A stretch of 64,000 nucleotides of DNA, filler included, from Basidiobolus ranarum (Eukaryota): NCBI GenBank assembly GCA_040143965.1. It is 19 parts of 19 records of this genome, joined end to end, with 100 filler letters (N's around TTAATTAATTAA, not from the genome) between each part and the next. Parts side by side here need not be neighbours in the genome. Positions count along the whole stretch, not along the records: positions 47,425 to 50,698 come from JASJQH010002596.1; positions 50,799 to 54,070 come from JASJQH010002597.1; positions 54,171 to 57,441 come from JASJQH010002598.1; positions 57,542 to 60,812 come from JASJQH010002599.1; 15 more parts are not named here. One strand, given 5' to 3'. Both the position numbers and the translations under genes were made by a program. A model generated the notes under the pieces. It was not told the origin of the DNA, made no database searches, and saw nothing but the letters and a program-made list of their open reading frames with translations. Each line of letters begins with the position of its first letter. Positions within the stretch are counted from its first letter, which is position 1. Below, piece after piece: positions 49,526 through 60,912 of the stretch.

Positions 49526-50698
49526 TCAAGATTTCGCCATTTCGTGGAATGGGGATATTTTCCAATACAAAGAACTCTGTACAATACTGGCACACATGGG
49601 TGCAAACCATGGAATCCAAAATTGCTGGTAGTTACCAGAAGCAACAGCAACCCCGAGATATTTACCTGGATTGGCTCCTACACCAATATATCCTGTATTG
49701 AGTCCTCCACTGACAAAAATATTAAGACCTAAAGATAGAGCGACACAACAGGCTGGAATAGCTGGCCCATAAACTTTGCGTTGTTTGGGATCAAGGCCAA
49801 TTAAAAGAGTGAGCCAAGCATATGACCAGCTATAGAAAAACTCTAGACAGAACGCTTGACCCATAGTTACCACCTCTTCATCATAACCCCAGGAACCAAG
49901 TTTAGTAGCCTCGGCAACCATATGGCCACAACTGACACGAAGTACTGCTCCCGCAATAATAGCACCAATGCACTGCATAACTGTATGCACAATTCCAAGA
50001 GGCACAGAGCAAAGGCGAGCTCCAACTGTAGTCCAAGTAGCCATGGTATTCATTTGAATACCAGGTGTAGCTGTAGCAGCTATAGCGAGTATTGACTGAA
50101 CAGCAAAGGTACCTAAACCAATATTCAAAGATACAACTGGACCTCCAATCCGTATTGACCACACAATGACGCCACAGGACATGAGAACGTACCACATCAT
50201 CAAGACACACTCGCAAATACCCGATCTCCAGACCATAGGATTGCGCAACTCTGACCAATCGAACATTTGCTCTAAGGTAAGATGATTCTTATCAGCAACC
50301 TTCTGTCGAGGGAGATTAAGTATATCCTGCCGCGAGAGTGAGCTTTGGAGCGGAATGGCATTGGGACAACCAAGACAAGCCTGACGACTGTGGGAAATGC
50401 GCAAGCCAAGAGTATTAATAATTTCGTTTGTTATTGGCATCGTCACAGCCGCTGGGGCTTCAGCTTCGTTTGCTACAGGCACCATCACAGCGGCTGGTGC
50501 TTCAGTTTCGTTTTCTCCGGGCACCGTTACAGCTACTGGTGCTTCAGCTTCGTTTTCTCCGGGAACCATTACAGCTACTGGTACTTCAGCTTCGTTTTCT
50601 TCGAGCACCGTTACAGCTGCTGGTACTTCAGCTTCGTTTTCTTCGAGCACCGTTACAGCTGCTGGTACTTCAGCTTCGTTTTCTTCGAGCACCGTTAC
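49526..50698 (-). CDS. Aquaporin (MIP family, XIP-like) with divergent NPA boxes and acidic N-terminal 14-aa repeats; 5'-truncated
   Basis: VWRSGICEC, six hydrophobic helices, QCIGAIIAGAVL, GQAFCLEF, GLDPKQRKVYGP, loops GIQMNTM and GANPGKYLG, WIPWFAP. Confidence 0.88.
   Translation of the reverse strand, partial: VTVLEENEAEVPAAVTVLEENEAEVPAAVTVLEENEAEVPVAVMVPGENEAEAPVAVTVPGENETEAPAAVMVPVANEAEAPAAVTMPITNEIINTLGLRISHSRQACLGCPNAIPLQSSLSRQDILNLPRQKVADKNHLTLEQMFDWSELRNPMVWRSGICECVLMMWYVLMSCGVIVWSIRIGGPVVSLNIGLGTFAVQSILAIAATATPGIQMNTMATWTTVGARLCSVPLGIVHTVMQCIGAIIAGAVLRVSCGHMVAEATKLGSWGYDEEVVTMGQAFCLEFFYSWSYAWLTLLIGLDPKQRKVYGPAIPACCVALSLGLNIFVSGGLNTGYIGVGANPGKYLGVAVASGNYQQFWIPWFAPMCASIVQSSLYWKISPFHEMAKS
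50440..50698 (-). repeat. Coding 42-bp tandem repeat x~6 (VLEENEAEVPAAVT)
   Basis: Repeated CTTCAGCTTCGTTTTCT...ACCGTTACAGCT units; the contig breaks inside the array. Confidence 0.92.
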
Positions 50699-50798
50699 NN
50701 NNNNNNNNNNNNNNNNNNNNNNNNNNNNNNNNNNNNNNNNNNTTAATTAATTAANNNNNNNNNNNNNNNNNNNNNNNNNNNNNNNNNNNNNNNNNNNN

Positions 50799-52524
50799 AC
50801 TTCTCTTGTGTAATTCCAGGTATGATTAAGAAACAACATGGATCTCTATAACTAGCAACTTATCCTTTTTAAATTAGTGAATAATCAGTCCAAGATTTGG
50901 AAACGCAGGTCATTGACTACCTTGAAAAGCTATTATTGAATTCGTTTGGAGAGGATGCTTATAAGCAAAGTATTAGAATAGTAACCATTTGCATTGCGAC
51001 TCTCTGGGATTTGTTCAGCCGTCTAAAAGATAATCCAAGTAAATTCAATGGCCAGATCAGATATCATTGTTCAACATTTATTGATTATTTCAAGCTAGGC
51101 ACCTCACAGGTGGTAAAGTTGGCCCAATTTCAAACCCTCTCATTAGTATTGAAGCTCCAGATTGCCTACCTTCAATCACCAGTATTCTCCAACATTCCCT
51201 GGTCTGAGATCGGCTTCCCCGGATGGAAACTGAATGAGTTTCAAAACGCCATCTTATCTACTCTCACAATATGGTCCAGTTTTTGCGTGTCAAATTTCGA
51301 ATATCTTACTCAGCTATACTTGAATTCCAAGTCGGATCCAGATCTAAAATACGTCCAAACGGTAATTTGAAGATTGTAGGTTCAATTAACTTCTTTATCA
51401 TACTCAAGATTTACGTCTTTTAGAGTGTAGAGGTGTTTATCCATATGCTTATCGACCTTTTAAATAATGTCGGGAAAGTGGAATATTGCCAAGTCGCGGA
51501 ATATATTCCCGAGGATGTGATGCTGTTGGGCATTCAGCCATTACGCAAACTTCATAAGGAGTTGACCATTGGACCTCTACTCGGAATGCAAAATCAATCG
51601 TCAACCAACAAAATCATAGCTCAGTTGAATCGAATCTCAAAACTCGCATTCAAATTCCATGAAAGTGATGTAAGTCTACCACTCTAACAATATTTGAATG
51701 TTCCTTCTCACTCACCCACCTCAACCAAATGGTTTAGGTGTTTGACCTCGTTCAATACAACGACACCGAAATGAAATATACCATTGTAAATGAGGGCGTC
51801 AAAATCAAGAATAATGAGCGTCTTATGAAGGCAATGGCTCAGCAGTTATTGATGGATCAAGTCAACTCTTTAGAGCAAGATTTATCTCGTATGACAATAC
51901 CCAAATCCGCATCTCAAAAGCGAGTCGATGTTATTTTAAGACAGATTATTCTGGATGTGGGGGTGTTTTTGGACCATCTCCCAGCAGTAAAACGTTGGCT
52001 CAGTACTCGTAAATGTGTCATTATAGTCCCTTTGGAAGGTGAGTGTTTATCGAAACTTGATAGTCTCCATGATTACAACTCTAACAACTTCTCTAGTGAT
52101 CGAATCCCTCGATGATTTAAAGAAAGGGACTGGTAGTTTGAACGCTAGAGCTCGCGAAGTGATTCGCTTTTTAGAGGGTAAATTCAAAGTTGCCGATCAA
52201 TTTATTCGTCCTCAACGACCTAGCGAACAACTTTCCGATTGGAATGAAGTACAAAAGTACTTTATAGAAGAAGATGAAGACGATTTCGAAGGAGATGACG
52301 AAGAGGAAGAGTTTTATGGACCTCGAAGTATCGATCATGTTCCTCTGGAATATCGACCCTTGCTTGGATGTTACTTTTATCATAAGATTGTTGCTTCCAA
52401 AATATCCACTCTAATCCCTACCATTTTGGTAGCTGAAGATTTAGAATTTCTATCTTATGCGCAATGGTTTGACATTCATAGTATGGATGTAAATCAATTC
52501 ATAGAATGGTTGGCTCAACAGTAA
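50799..52524 (+). CDS. EST1/SMG5-6-7-like protein with C-terminal PIN domain (NMD/telomerase factor), 3' part
   Basis: IPED..LLG..PL, RLMKAMAQ..L..QV..LE, IILD..VFLDHL..VKRW...IIVPLEVIESLDDLKKG....NARAREVIRFLE; introns near 51362-51423, 51670-51737, 52039-52096. Confidence 0.8.
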
Positions 52525-52733
52525 CATGATTATGACAAATAGGACAACCGCTAGTTTACTGATAAATCCTCGACACATATTTTTAGTTGGAACGATTAGA
52601 AGTTTAATAAACTATCGGTGTATATAAATAATGACTGTGAAGGTTCGGTTAAGTAGTAAAAAAAACTCCCATTTCTATTGTTGAGAGCATATCTATGTAA
52701 TACAAGAGAAGGGAAGCTTTATATGAAAGAAGG

Positions 52734-53684
52734 TCAAGGTGATTGATGTGGCTCTGGTTTAGGAATACCAAGATACATATCCCATGGATTGGACTCTTCC
52801 CCTTCGGAGAAGACATCATGAGACTGCGTGAGAGAAATTTTGTTTTGCACCAAATTAAGTGCAGAGATACGATCGTTCTTACGTACAGCATGTGCAAAAT
52901 CTACCTGCTTAGTGGCTAGCCAAGAGTTAAGTACCCCTATGTAAATTAAGGATTCATAAGTAACGAGAAAAAACATCTATCCGGTTGAACAAGAACACTT
53001 ACAGCAAATGGAAAGTAACTGACGAGTATTCGTTGGTGCTACGTTAGCCAACAAAAGTGAGGCAAGTATGATGAAGGAGAGACATATCGCCAATGGAAAT
53101 GTGAAGCCTTGTCGAATAATAGTAGAAAAAATGGCACTTGGAGTCAGTTTGCTTTGTTTGATCACTCTGACGAGATATAAACCACATAGAAAGACAATCA
53201 CCACAGCTTCAGTACCGATAATCCCTAAAATCCACTTGTTTGTAACCTCTTGGCGACAAGGATCCAACTTACCAGGGACAAACTCTACGTGTATATTGCT
53301 TTGGATAACAAAGAACAACCGGGCCACTTGCAAAAGAGAACATATCACAGCAATGAACTTGGATGATTTGTTGACGTAATATGCTTTCAGATACAGGATT
53401 AAATCCACACAAAGAAGACTCAGGTAACTCAACACAGTGTACAAGAAGTATGGAAACCGACAGTTAAGCGGTTGATGGAATACACTAATCATTTGGACTA
53501 CTGTGTTGATAAGCAGCAGTGAAGTTTGGATGAAATTCAACTTGAAGATGATACTGGACTCTTTTAACGAGATTAAGGCCGAACGATAGACAATAACTAC
53601 GGCCACTGGAAATGCAAATGCAGTCACCATTGTGTTGAAATTATAATCCAAAGCCTCTCGCTCTAACTCCTTTAAGTTGTCCAT
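52734..53684 (-). CDS. Multi-pass (about 7TM) membrane protein, GPCR-like; one intron ~52938-53002
   Basis: Seven hydrophobic segments, Cys before TM3 and in the ECL2-like loop; GTAAGT...CATAG intron joins SIC-W-VLNSW. Confidence 0.65.
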
Positions 53685-54170
53685 TTCCGTCTAGTCTAAA
53701 TGATTATTGGTAAGGAACAGTGAACTAAAGAGAACTCAAATAATTATTATACAAGAGAGGAATTTGAAATGAATTCGGAAAGCCGTTGAATCTCATACCT
53801 CGTACTTTTATTTTCCCGATCAAAAGAGCCTCTTGTCTTACTCGAAATTCGTACACCACGAAAGGTTACTTTGAATGATTAATAACCAGTTGATAACCAG
53901 TTTCAGTGTCGCACATTCCCCTCTAACGAGGCAGCGGATGACTCAAGATAATGAGTGCGGGAGAATCATAGTTACACACATGAATCAACCGAGCACTAAC
54001 CACTCTTAACCAGTAGGAGTTTCCATAACGGCTCTAGATATCTATGATTATCTCAGAAAATCGTTCCAGTNNNNNNNNNNNNNNNNNNNNNNNNNNNNNN
54101 NNNNNNNNNNNNNNTTAATTAATTAANNNNNNNNNNNNNNNNNNNNNNNNNNNNNNNNNNNNNNNNNNNN

Positions 54171-55120
54171 AAACACCTATATAGTCATATATAGCTTAGT
54201 ACTTAGTTATCTTATGTTTCACTAAGATATTACCCATTATTCTCAATTGGAATTTACTTACAATAGTTTTACCAACTTAGAAGTTCTCATATATATAGAT
54301 GTTTCAGACTTGTGCTAGAAGCCCCAAACTTTGCACACATGTTCCTGAGACCTTTGTTAACACATTCTACATGTTTGATTGTTTACATCTTGACCAAACT
54401 ATCAATGTTAACTTTCTACTCAATAAATCAATAAGTGAAAACCACCAATTTCTCTAATTCTCCAAACCACTTCCAACAGGCTCCCAAATACTATAACACT
54501 TGCCAAATACTGGAATTGTTCTCAGTGATAATGCTGGATTGTGCTGTATGCTTTATGTTGAATAAAGTATCCCAGATATTACAGGCTGAATTTAGTACTA
54601 TCCAGCACCTTCTGGTAAACCTGATGACAAAATATTGATGTCAGCTTTCTACTCAATAAATGAATAAGTGAAAGCCACCAATTTTTTAGTTCTCCAAACC
54701 ACTTACAACAGGCTCCCAAAATACTTTAACAGATGGTTTGCTACTATTTGACTCTAGGTTCAAGTACCAAATAATTGTTGTTGACTTTGTATAAATCTTA
54801 ACTTTAAGTGGCTATTTCAGCTACTATTTACAGTTGAAGCTTCCAGAAAACAGGGTAAGGTTGTTAAAGCATTTTGGGAGCCTATTGTAAGTGGTTTGGA
54901 GCACTAAAAAAATTGGTGGCTTTCACTTATTGATTTATTGAGTAGAAAGTTGACATTTACAGTTTTGTCAAGATGTAAGCAATCTAACGTGTAGAATGTG
55001 TTAAGGAGGGTCCCAGGAACATGTGTGCAAAGTTTGGGGTTACTAGCACAAGTTTGAAAGATCTATATATCTGAGAACTTCGAAGTCGGTAAAATCATTC
55101 AAAGCTAATTACTATTGAGA
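54171..55120. mobile_element. Cluster of copia LTR family A: 54171-54498 (+), 3' fragment 54640-54731 (+), 54862-55120 (-)
   Basis: Direct similarity to the LTR at 42440-42744. Confidence 0.85.
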
Positions 55121-55599
55121 ATAGCTCATTATAAAATATTCCTTCATTCAGACCAAGTAATATTTACATTGTAAACTCTTGTCAACTACAATTCTCAAAG
55201 TGCATTCTAAGCTCCAAAATCATTACATATGCTTAAACAGAAGCCAGTGGGGAAATTGCAGTTACGTGATAGTATAATTGCATATATCTTGAGAGTTGTG
55301 AGCATCAACGTGCTATCACTTAACTCTAATTTGTCGCACGCCGAAGTCATTTTATGATACCATATCCTTGGTTTCATTAAGTTCACCATTCAAAGTAAAC
55401 AATAAAATCAGATCATTGAAGTAGTCTAAATCTAGATTAACAGTTTAAATAGTATTGTAAATGAAATAATGTTTAAGTAATCTCCAGGAAGGATCTCCAG
55501 TTAACCAGCTATGTCAACAAAATGGTAGTAGACCACTGAAACTCAAAAACCGCTTACCAACATGCTGTCGATGAATGAGTGTGTAATTTTGATGTAGAA

Positions 55600-56797
55600 T
55601 TTCTTAGCAATGCAGAGAATATGTGCAAGCTCTGAGATTAACGTTCATTTTGTACAAGCACCTGGTGTGACACTTGTGCCAGAGAGGTCTGATGTTGCAA
55701 GCGTAGTGTACCACTTAGAGACTGTTGTTTGGGTCCTATCTCCGTATCTTAATGTTCTTGAAAAAAAACGAAATGAATTTCCTGTTTACCAAAATTGTTG
55801 ATGTTGAACAGAAATCCAATGAAAGTTATTCAACCAGATTACACAAATGAAAATCACTGGATAGTTACAAGAGGGATCAGATTGGTTAGTATATTGAGCG
55901 ATACATAGGAAATTCGACTGCTTTACTAATAACAAAGGATCGGACCCATGTAGTTTTGCGTTCCATATTCGTAATCAGCACCGTAATTTCGTACATTGGT
56001 GATTTTGTACTTAATACCGTGTCACAACTGAACTCCATCGACGCCATCGTATCATATCGTCCGAATCTATGTCTGTTCCAGCGTCACGAATGTGTTCGCA
56101 AGTATCGCTGGCTGATTGCTTGTTCCATCAATATCACTGATGGTGGCCAACCCTCTAGGGCCTGTCAGGTTGAAGGACTGTAATGGCCATCAACATTCAT
56201 TTGACTTACTGCCATTGGTGGAACTGAGCACCTGATATTCAGAAGAAAACGCGAGGACGCGTCAGCTCCGTGGCCAGTAACAGGATCATTGGATAACGCT
56301 GAAAGGTAATTATATGTGATTCAAATTTGGGGATGTTTATTGGTAGACTTTACATAGGGTGACTAAAACAGATAATAGCTATACAGGTGGGTGTAGGGAG
56401 TACGACTAAGATTTCACGTACGAAGTATAGTGACGGTTCATTAATTAAAAAAGTAAATCCCTTCGTTTTCGACGATCTGGCGGAGAGACAAGTTATCTAG
56501 CAAGTAGTCTAGGAATTCTGCGGTGGACTTGTTCTGTAACGCGGGAATAGCATTCTTCTCGCGATGAATCCGCTCGATGAGATGTTTGGGTAAGGGAACT
56601 GAGGCGTAGTCGGTGGGATTGTCGAGCTGCATCCCAGTCACATGAGGATATGAAGACTCTTCTGCTTCTTCGATATGGCGGCGTTTACGAGGTGCAGGGG
56701 AGGTGTGTGAGCTGGAAATGTATGAAGGGCACGAGTTTGAGAGAATCATTGTAACGCAATCATTACCTGAGGGGAGATCGCTCATTTTATATCTCAT
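55600..56797 (-). CDS. Hypothetical protein (clear first exon 56797-~56460 with basic PRKRR motif; later exons uncertain)
   Basis: CpG-rich 118-codon ORF; coding-like sequence downstream. Confidence 0.4.
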
Positions 56798-57251
56798 CGC
56801 AGAATGAAAACGCGCTCTAGAGGTGAGACAATCCGGAAAACGTGAAGTCGCGGATGATTGGCCGGTCTGAAGATTCAGGAATAAGCCATTGTTTTTACCA
56901 ACTCTGTTGTTCTAGTCTCACCTTATATTGAAATGAGTGTTTTACTTTAGGTAATTGATTGATATCATCATAATAATCCAAATTAGTTTTAAATTCCGTC
57001 AATAGTTACAGATCTTGAATCATTTACAACAATCATATATTGGCTTGGGATTTAATCGATGATTGTAAGGGGCATTTGCCTAGTTATTCGCATCAAGTAA
57101 TTTATCGGAAAAATCTATCAAACTTTTGACTCCGGATCTTTGCAGCCGTCATGGCCAAATCAAAACATGTATTGTTTTCATTTTTTGCCGAAATTATTTG
57201 ATCGGCTTGTGTCTCCTAGGGTTCGACTGCTTCACTTTATCATTAGTTATC

Positions 57252-57441
57252 ATGCTAGCAGGGGAAAAGGTAGCTTCGCAGGACGAGCAAATGAACTTGA
57301 TCCACCACGACGATGAGGAAATTTCTCCTAGTAACAGTAAACGTCAGAAATTCACAAACACTTCTTTTACTCAAAAGGGTACTCCTTTGCGTAGTAAAGC
57401 TACAGAAAACTGGCTAATCTCATGGGATACGCCTTCTATGG
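57252..57441 (+). CDS. Hypothetical protein N-terminus, divergent from the gene at 56797, truncated
   Basis: ATG-initiated open frame running to the contig end (MLAGEKVASQDEQ...SKRQK). Confidence 0.4.
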
Positions 57442-57541
57442 NNNNNNNNNNNNNNNNNNNNNNNNNNNNNNNNNNNNNNNNNNNNTTAATTAATTAANNN
57501 NNNNNNNNNNNNNNNNNNNNNNNNNNNNNNNNNNNNNNNNN

Positions 57542-60500
57542 AGGAAAGTTTACTAAGTCTGAAGACTGCTGACAAGTGACAAAGAGTATGGTGATAACAA
57601 ACACCGGGTATGTGAAACACTGAAAGGAGAGTTTATGAAGTGCTACTGACCACAGACAAATGATGAAGAGTAGAGTGCCTAAAACGACGGGTATGGGAAA
57701 CACTTATAGGGTAGTATACGCAGAGCTAAAGATCAAAGAGGCTATGAAGTGGTAAAGACTACTTGGAAACAATGAAAGTTAAGGAAAGGGTATGGTGGCA
57801 AGGAATGAGCGGTATGGGAAATACTTAAAGAAGAGTTTACAGAGAGCTAAAGACCACTGACAAACGATGACGAGTATGGTGCCACAAACGTCGGGTATGG
57901 GAAACGCTTAAAGGAAAGCCAATAAAGTGGCAAAGATGTGTTAAGACTACTGAAAACGAAGAAGGGTACGGTAATAATAAAACAACTCGTACAAAAAACA
58001 CTTAAAAAAGAGTCTAGGCAGTGTTGAAGGCTACTGACAAGCGATAGAGGTTTGTTGACAATAAACAGTGAGTATGAAAATCATTAAAAAAAAGATTTTA
58101 TGTAGTTCTAAAAACTACCGACAAGTGACAAAGAGTATGGTGCCAAGAAACGATGGGTATGGAAAGCACTTACAATAGAGTCCACAAAACGCGGGGAAAC
58201 ATTTAAAACAGATGCTACAAAGTTCAAATACCTATTGACAAAAGACAAAAGTATGGAGCCAAGAACCAAGCGGTATGGGAAACACTTAAAGAAGAGTTTT
58301 TAAAGTGCCTAAAATTAGTGAAAAATGACAAAGAGTAAGGTGACAACAAACGAAGGATAGGGGAACACTTACTGGATAGTCTACAAAGTGCTAAAGATAA
58401 CTGACAAATGATAAAGGGTATGATGAATACAAACTTTAGGCGTGGGAACCACTTAAAGAAGAGTCTGCGAAGTGTAAAAACTGCTCTTAAGTGACAAAGG
58501 GTATGGTGATAACCAATGGCAGGTATGGGAAACACTTGAAATAGAGTTTACGAGTCTTAAGGACTGCTGACAAATGATAAAGGGTATGTCGGACATGGGA
58601 AACACTAATAGCGAAGTCCACTAAGATCTAAATCCTGCTGACAAAAGACAAAGGGTATGGTGATAACAAACGCCCGGTATGGGAAAGGCTTAAAGAAGAG
58701 GTTATAAAGTGCTAGAGATTATGGGAAATACTAATAGCAAAGCCTACCAAAAGGTATACACTGCTGATATGTAACAAACTGTGCGTAAGACTACTGTTAA
58801 ATGTCAAAGTGTATGGTGTCAATAAATTGTTACTCTGCCAATAAGCGAGCGGTATGGGAAACACTAAAAAGAGAATGAACGCTGTGCTAGAGACTACTGC
58901 AAAATGACGATGGGTATGACAAACACTTAACGTAGAGCTTACGAAGTACTCAAATCTACTGAAAAGAGATGAAAGGTATGGTATAACAAACAAGCGGTAT
59001 TGAAAACATTTACAGCATAGTCAAGGCGGTGCAAAATACTTCTGAAAAGTGATGAAGGGTATGGTGCCTAGAAATGACCGGTATGGAAAACACTTAAAGC
59101 ACATTTTAGCAAGGGCTAAATACATCTGACATGTGATAAATGGTACGGTGTCAAGAAAGAGTGGTCAAGAAACAATTAAAGTAGATTTATGTCAAAGACT
59201 ATTAACTTAACAATTGACAAGTGGCAAAGGGTACGGTGTCAAGAAACAGCAGATATTGGAACCCATTAAAGTAGAGTTACAAAGAGTATGGTGCCAAGAA
59301 ACGATGGGTATGGAAAGCCCTTACAGTAGAGTCCACAAAGCGCGGGGAAACATTTAAAACAGATGCTACAAAGTGCGAAAACCTATTGAAAAAAGAGAAA
59401 GTATGGTGCCAAAAACTAAGCGGCATGGGAAACACTTCAAGAAGAGTTTATTGAGTGCTAAAGACTCCTAAAAAATGAGTGAGAGTATGGTGACAACAAT
59501 GAAGGGTATAGGAAAAACTTAAAGAAGAGTCCACGAAGTGGTAAAGACTGCTGACCAGTGATAAAGGATACGGTGAAAACCAACGGCAGGTATGGGAAAC
59601 ACAAGTGAAAAACACTTAAAGGAGAGCCTGAAAATGACAAAGGGTATAATGCCCAGAAACATCGGTATGGAACAGGCTATGCAGTGCAAGAGACTACTGG
59701 CAAATATCGAAGTGTATGGTGCCAAGTAACGACGGGTATGAAAAACACTAAAAGGAGAGCCGATAAAGTGCAGAAAAGAGACAAACGATACGGTGGGAAG
59801 AAACGTCGGGTATGGGAAATACTTCAAGTAAAGTCTAGGAGTTACGTCACACTACTAACCAATGCTGAAAGGTACGGGCCTAGAAATGACGGGTTTAGAA
59901 AACACCAAACATTTAAAGCGGGCTACAAAGCGCTAGAGACTACTGATAAGTGACAAAGGGTATGGTGCCAGGAAATCACTTAAAAGAAAGTCTTGGAGCC
60001 GCTAATGACTACTGACAACTTAGAAGGGGTATGATACCAAGAAACAATGGGTATGGAAAACTTCAAGGGGAGTCTACGAATGGGAAACATTTGCAGGAAA
60101 GTCTAAGCAGTGCCAAATGATTGAAAACGACGAAGGGTATGGTGATAACAAACAACTGATAAAGAAAACACTTAAAAGAGAGTCTAGGCAGAGCTGAAGG
60201 CTACTGACAAGTGATGAAGGGTATGGTGCCAAGAAATGACAAGTATGGATAACACTTAAAGTAGAGTCTACGAGCTGCTTAAGACCACTGATAAATACCA
60301 AGGGTATGGTGACGAGAAACGAGCGGTATGGGAAACATTCGAAGAACAGTCTACGAAGAGCTAAAGACCACTGATAAATGACAAAGGGTTTGTTGACAAT
60401 AAACAATGAGTATGAAAAACACTTAAAAAAGAGTTCATGTAGTGCTAAAAACCACCGATTAGTTACAAAGAGTATGGTGACAACAATGAAGGGTATAGGG

Positions 60501-60812
60501 AACACTTAAAGAAGAGTCTACGAAGTGGTAAAGACTGCTGACCAGTGACAAAGAGTATGGTGAAAACCAACGGCAGGTATGAGAAACACAAATGAAAGAG
60601 TTTACGAGTCTTAAGGACTGCTTACAAGTGACAAAGGGTATGGTGATAAAAACGCCCGGTAACGGGAAAGGCGCAAAGGAGAGTTTATATAGTGCTAGAT
60701 ACTACTGATAAGTGATGATGAGTACGGTGCCAAGAAATGACCGGCACGGGAAACACTTAAAGCACGTTTCATTAAGTGTTAAATACAACTGACAAGTGAC
60801 GAAGGGTGTAGT
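57542..60812 (+). repeat. Diverged tandem satellite, monomer ~83-84 bp, with higher-order blocks
   Basis: Approximate consensus CTGACAAGTGACAAAGGGTATGGTGCCAAGAAACGAGCGGTATGGGAAACACTTAAAGAAGAGTCTACGAAGTGCTAAAGACTA; GRGTATGGTG-like anchors at 60219, 60302, 60386, 60470, 60553, 60636, 60720. Confidence 0.92.
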
Positions 60813-60912
60813 NNNNNNNNNNNNNNNNNNNNNNNNNNNNNNNNNNNNNNNNNNNNTTAATTAATTAANNNNNNNNNNNNNNNNNNNNNNNNNNNNNNNN
60901 NNNNNNNNNNNN

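Noticed and set aside
50345-50754. Plus-strand repetitive ORFs overlapping the aquaporin N-terminus
   Set aside because: Antisense shadows of the 42-bp coding repeat.
57542-60812. 84-bp period read as a 28-aa C2H2 zinc-finger array or as a CRISPR array
   Set aside because: No CxxC/HxxxH or TGEKP in any frame, frequent 1-nt indels and stops, and no constant-repeat/unique-spacer structure. The ORF-track entries here are spurious.
3301-60912. Regularly spaced TTAATTAATTAA motif every ~3.38 kb, which could look like a periodic element or array
   Set aside because: It is always embedded in N-runs and is an artificial pseudomolecule linker. Adjacency across spacers has no biological meaning, and ORFs containing X or ending in 'LIN' are artefacts.
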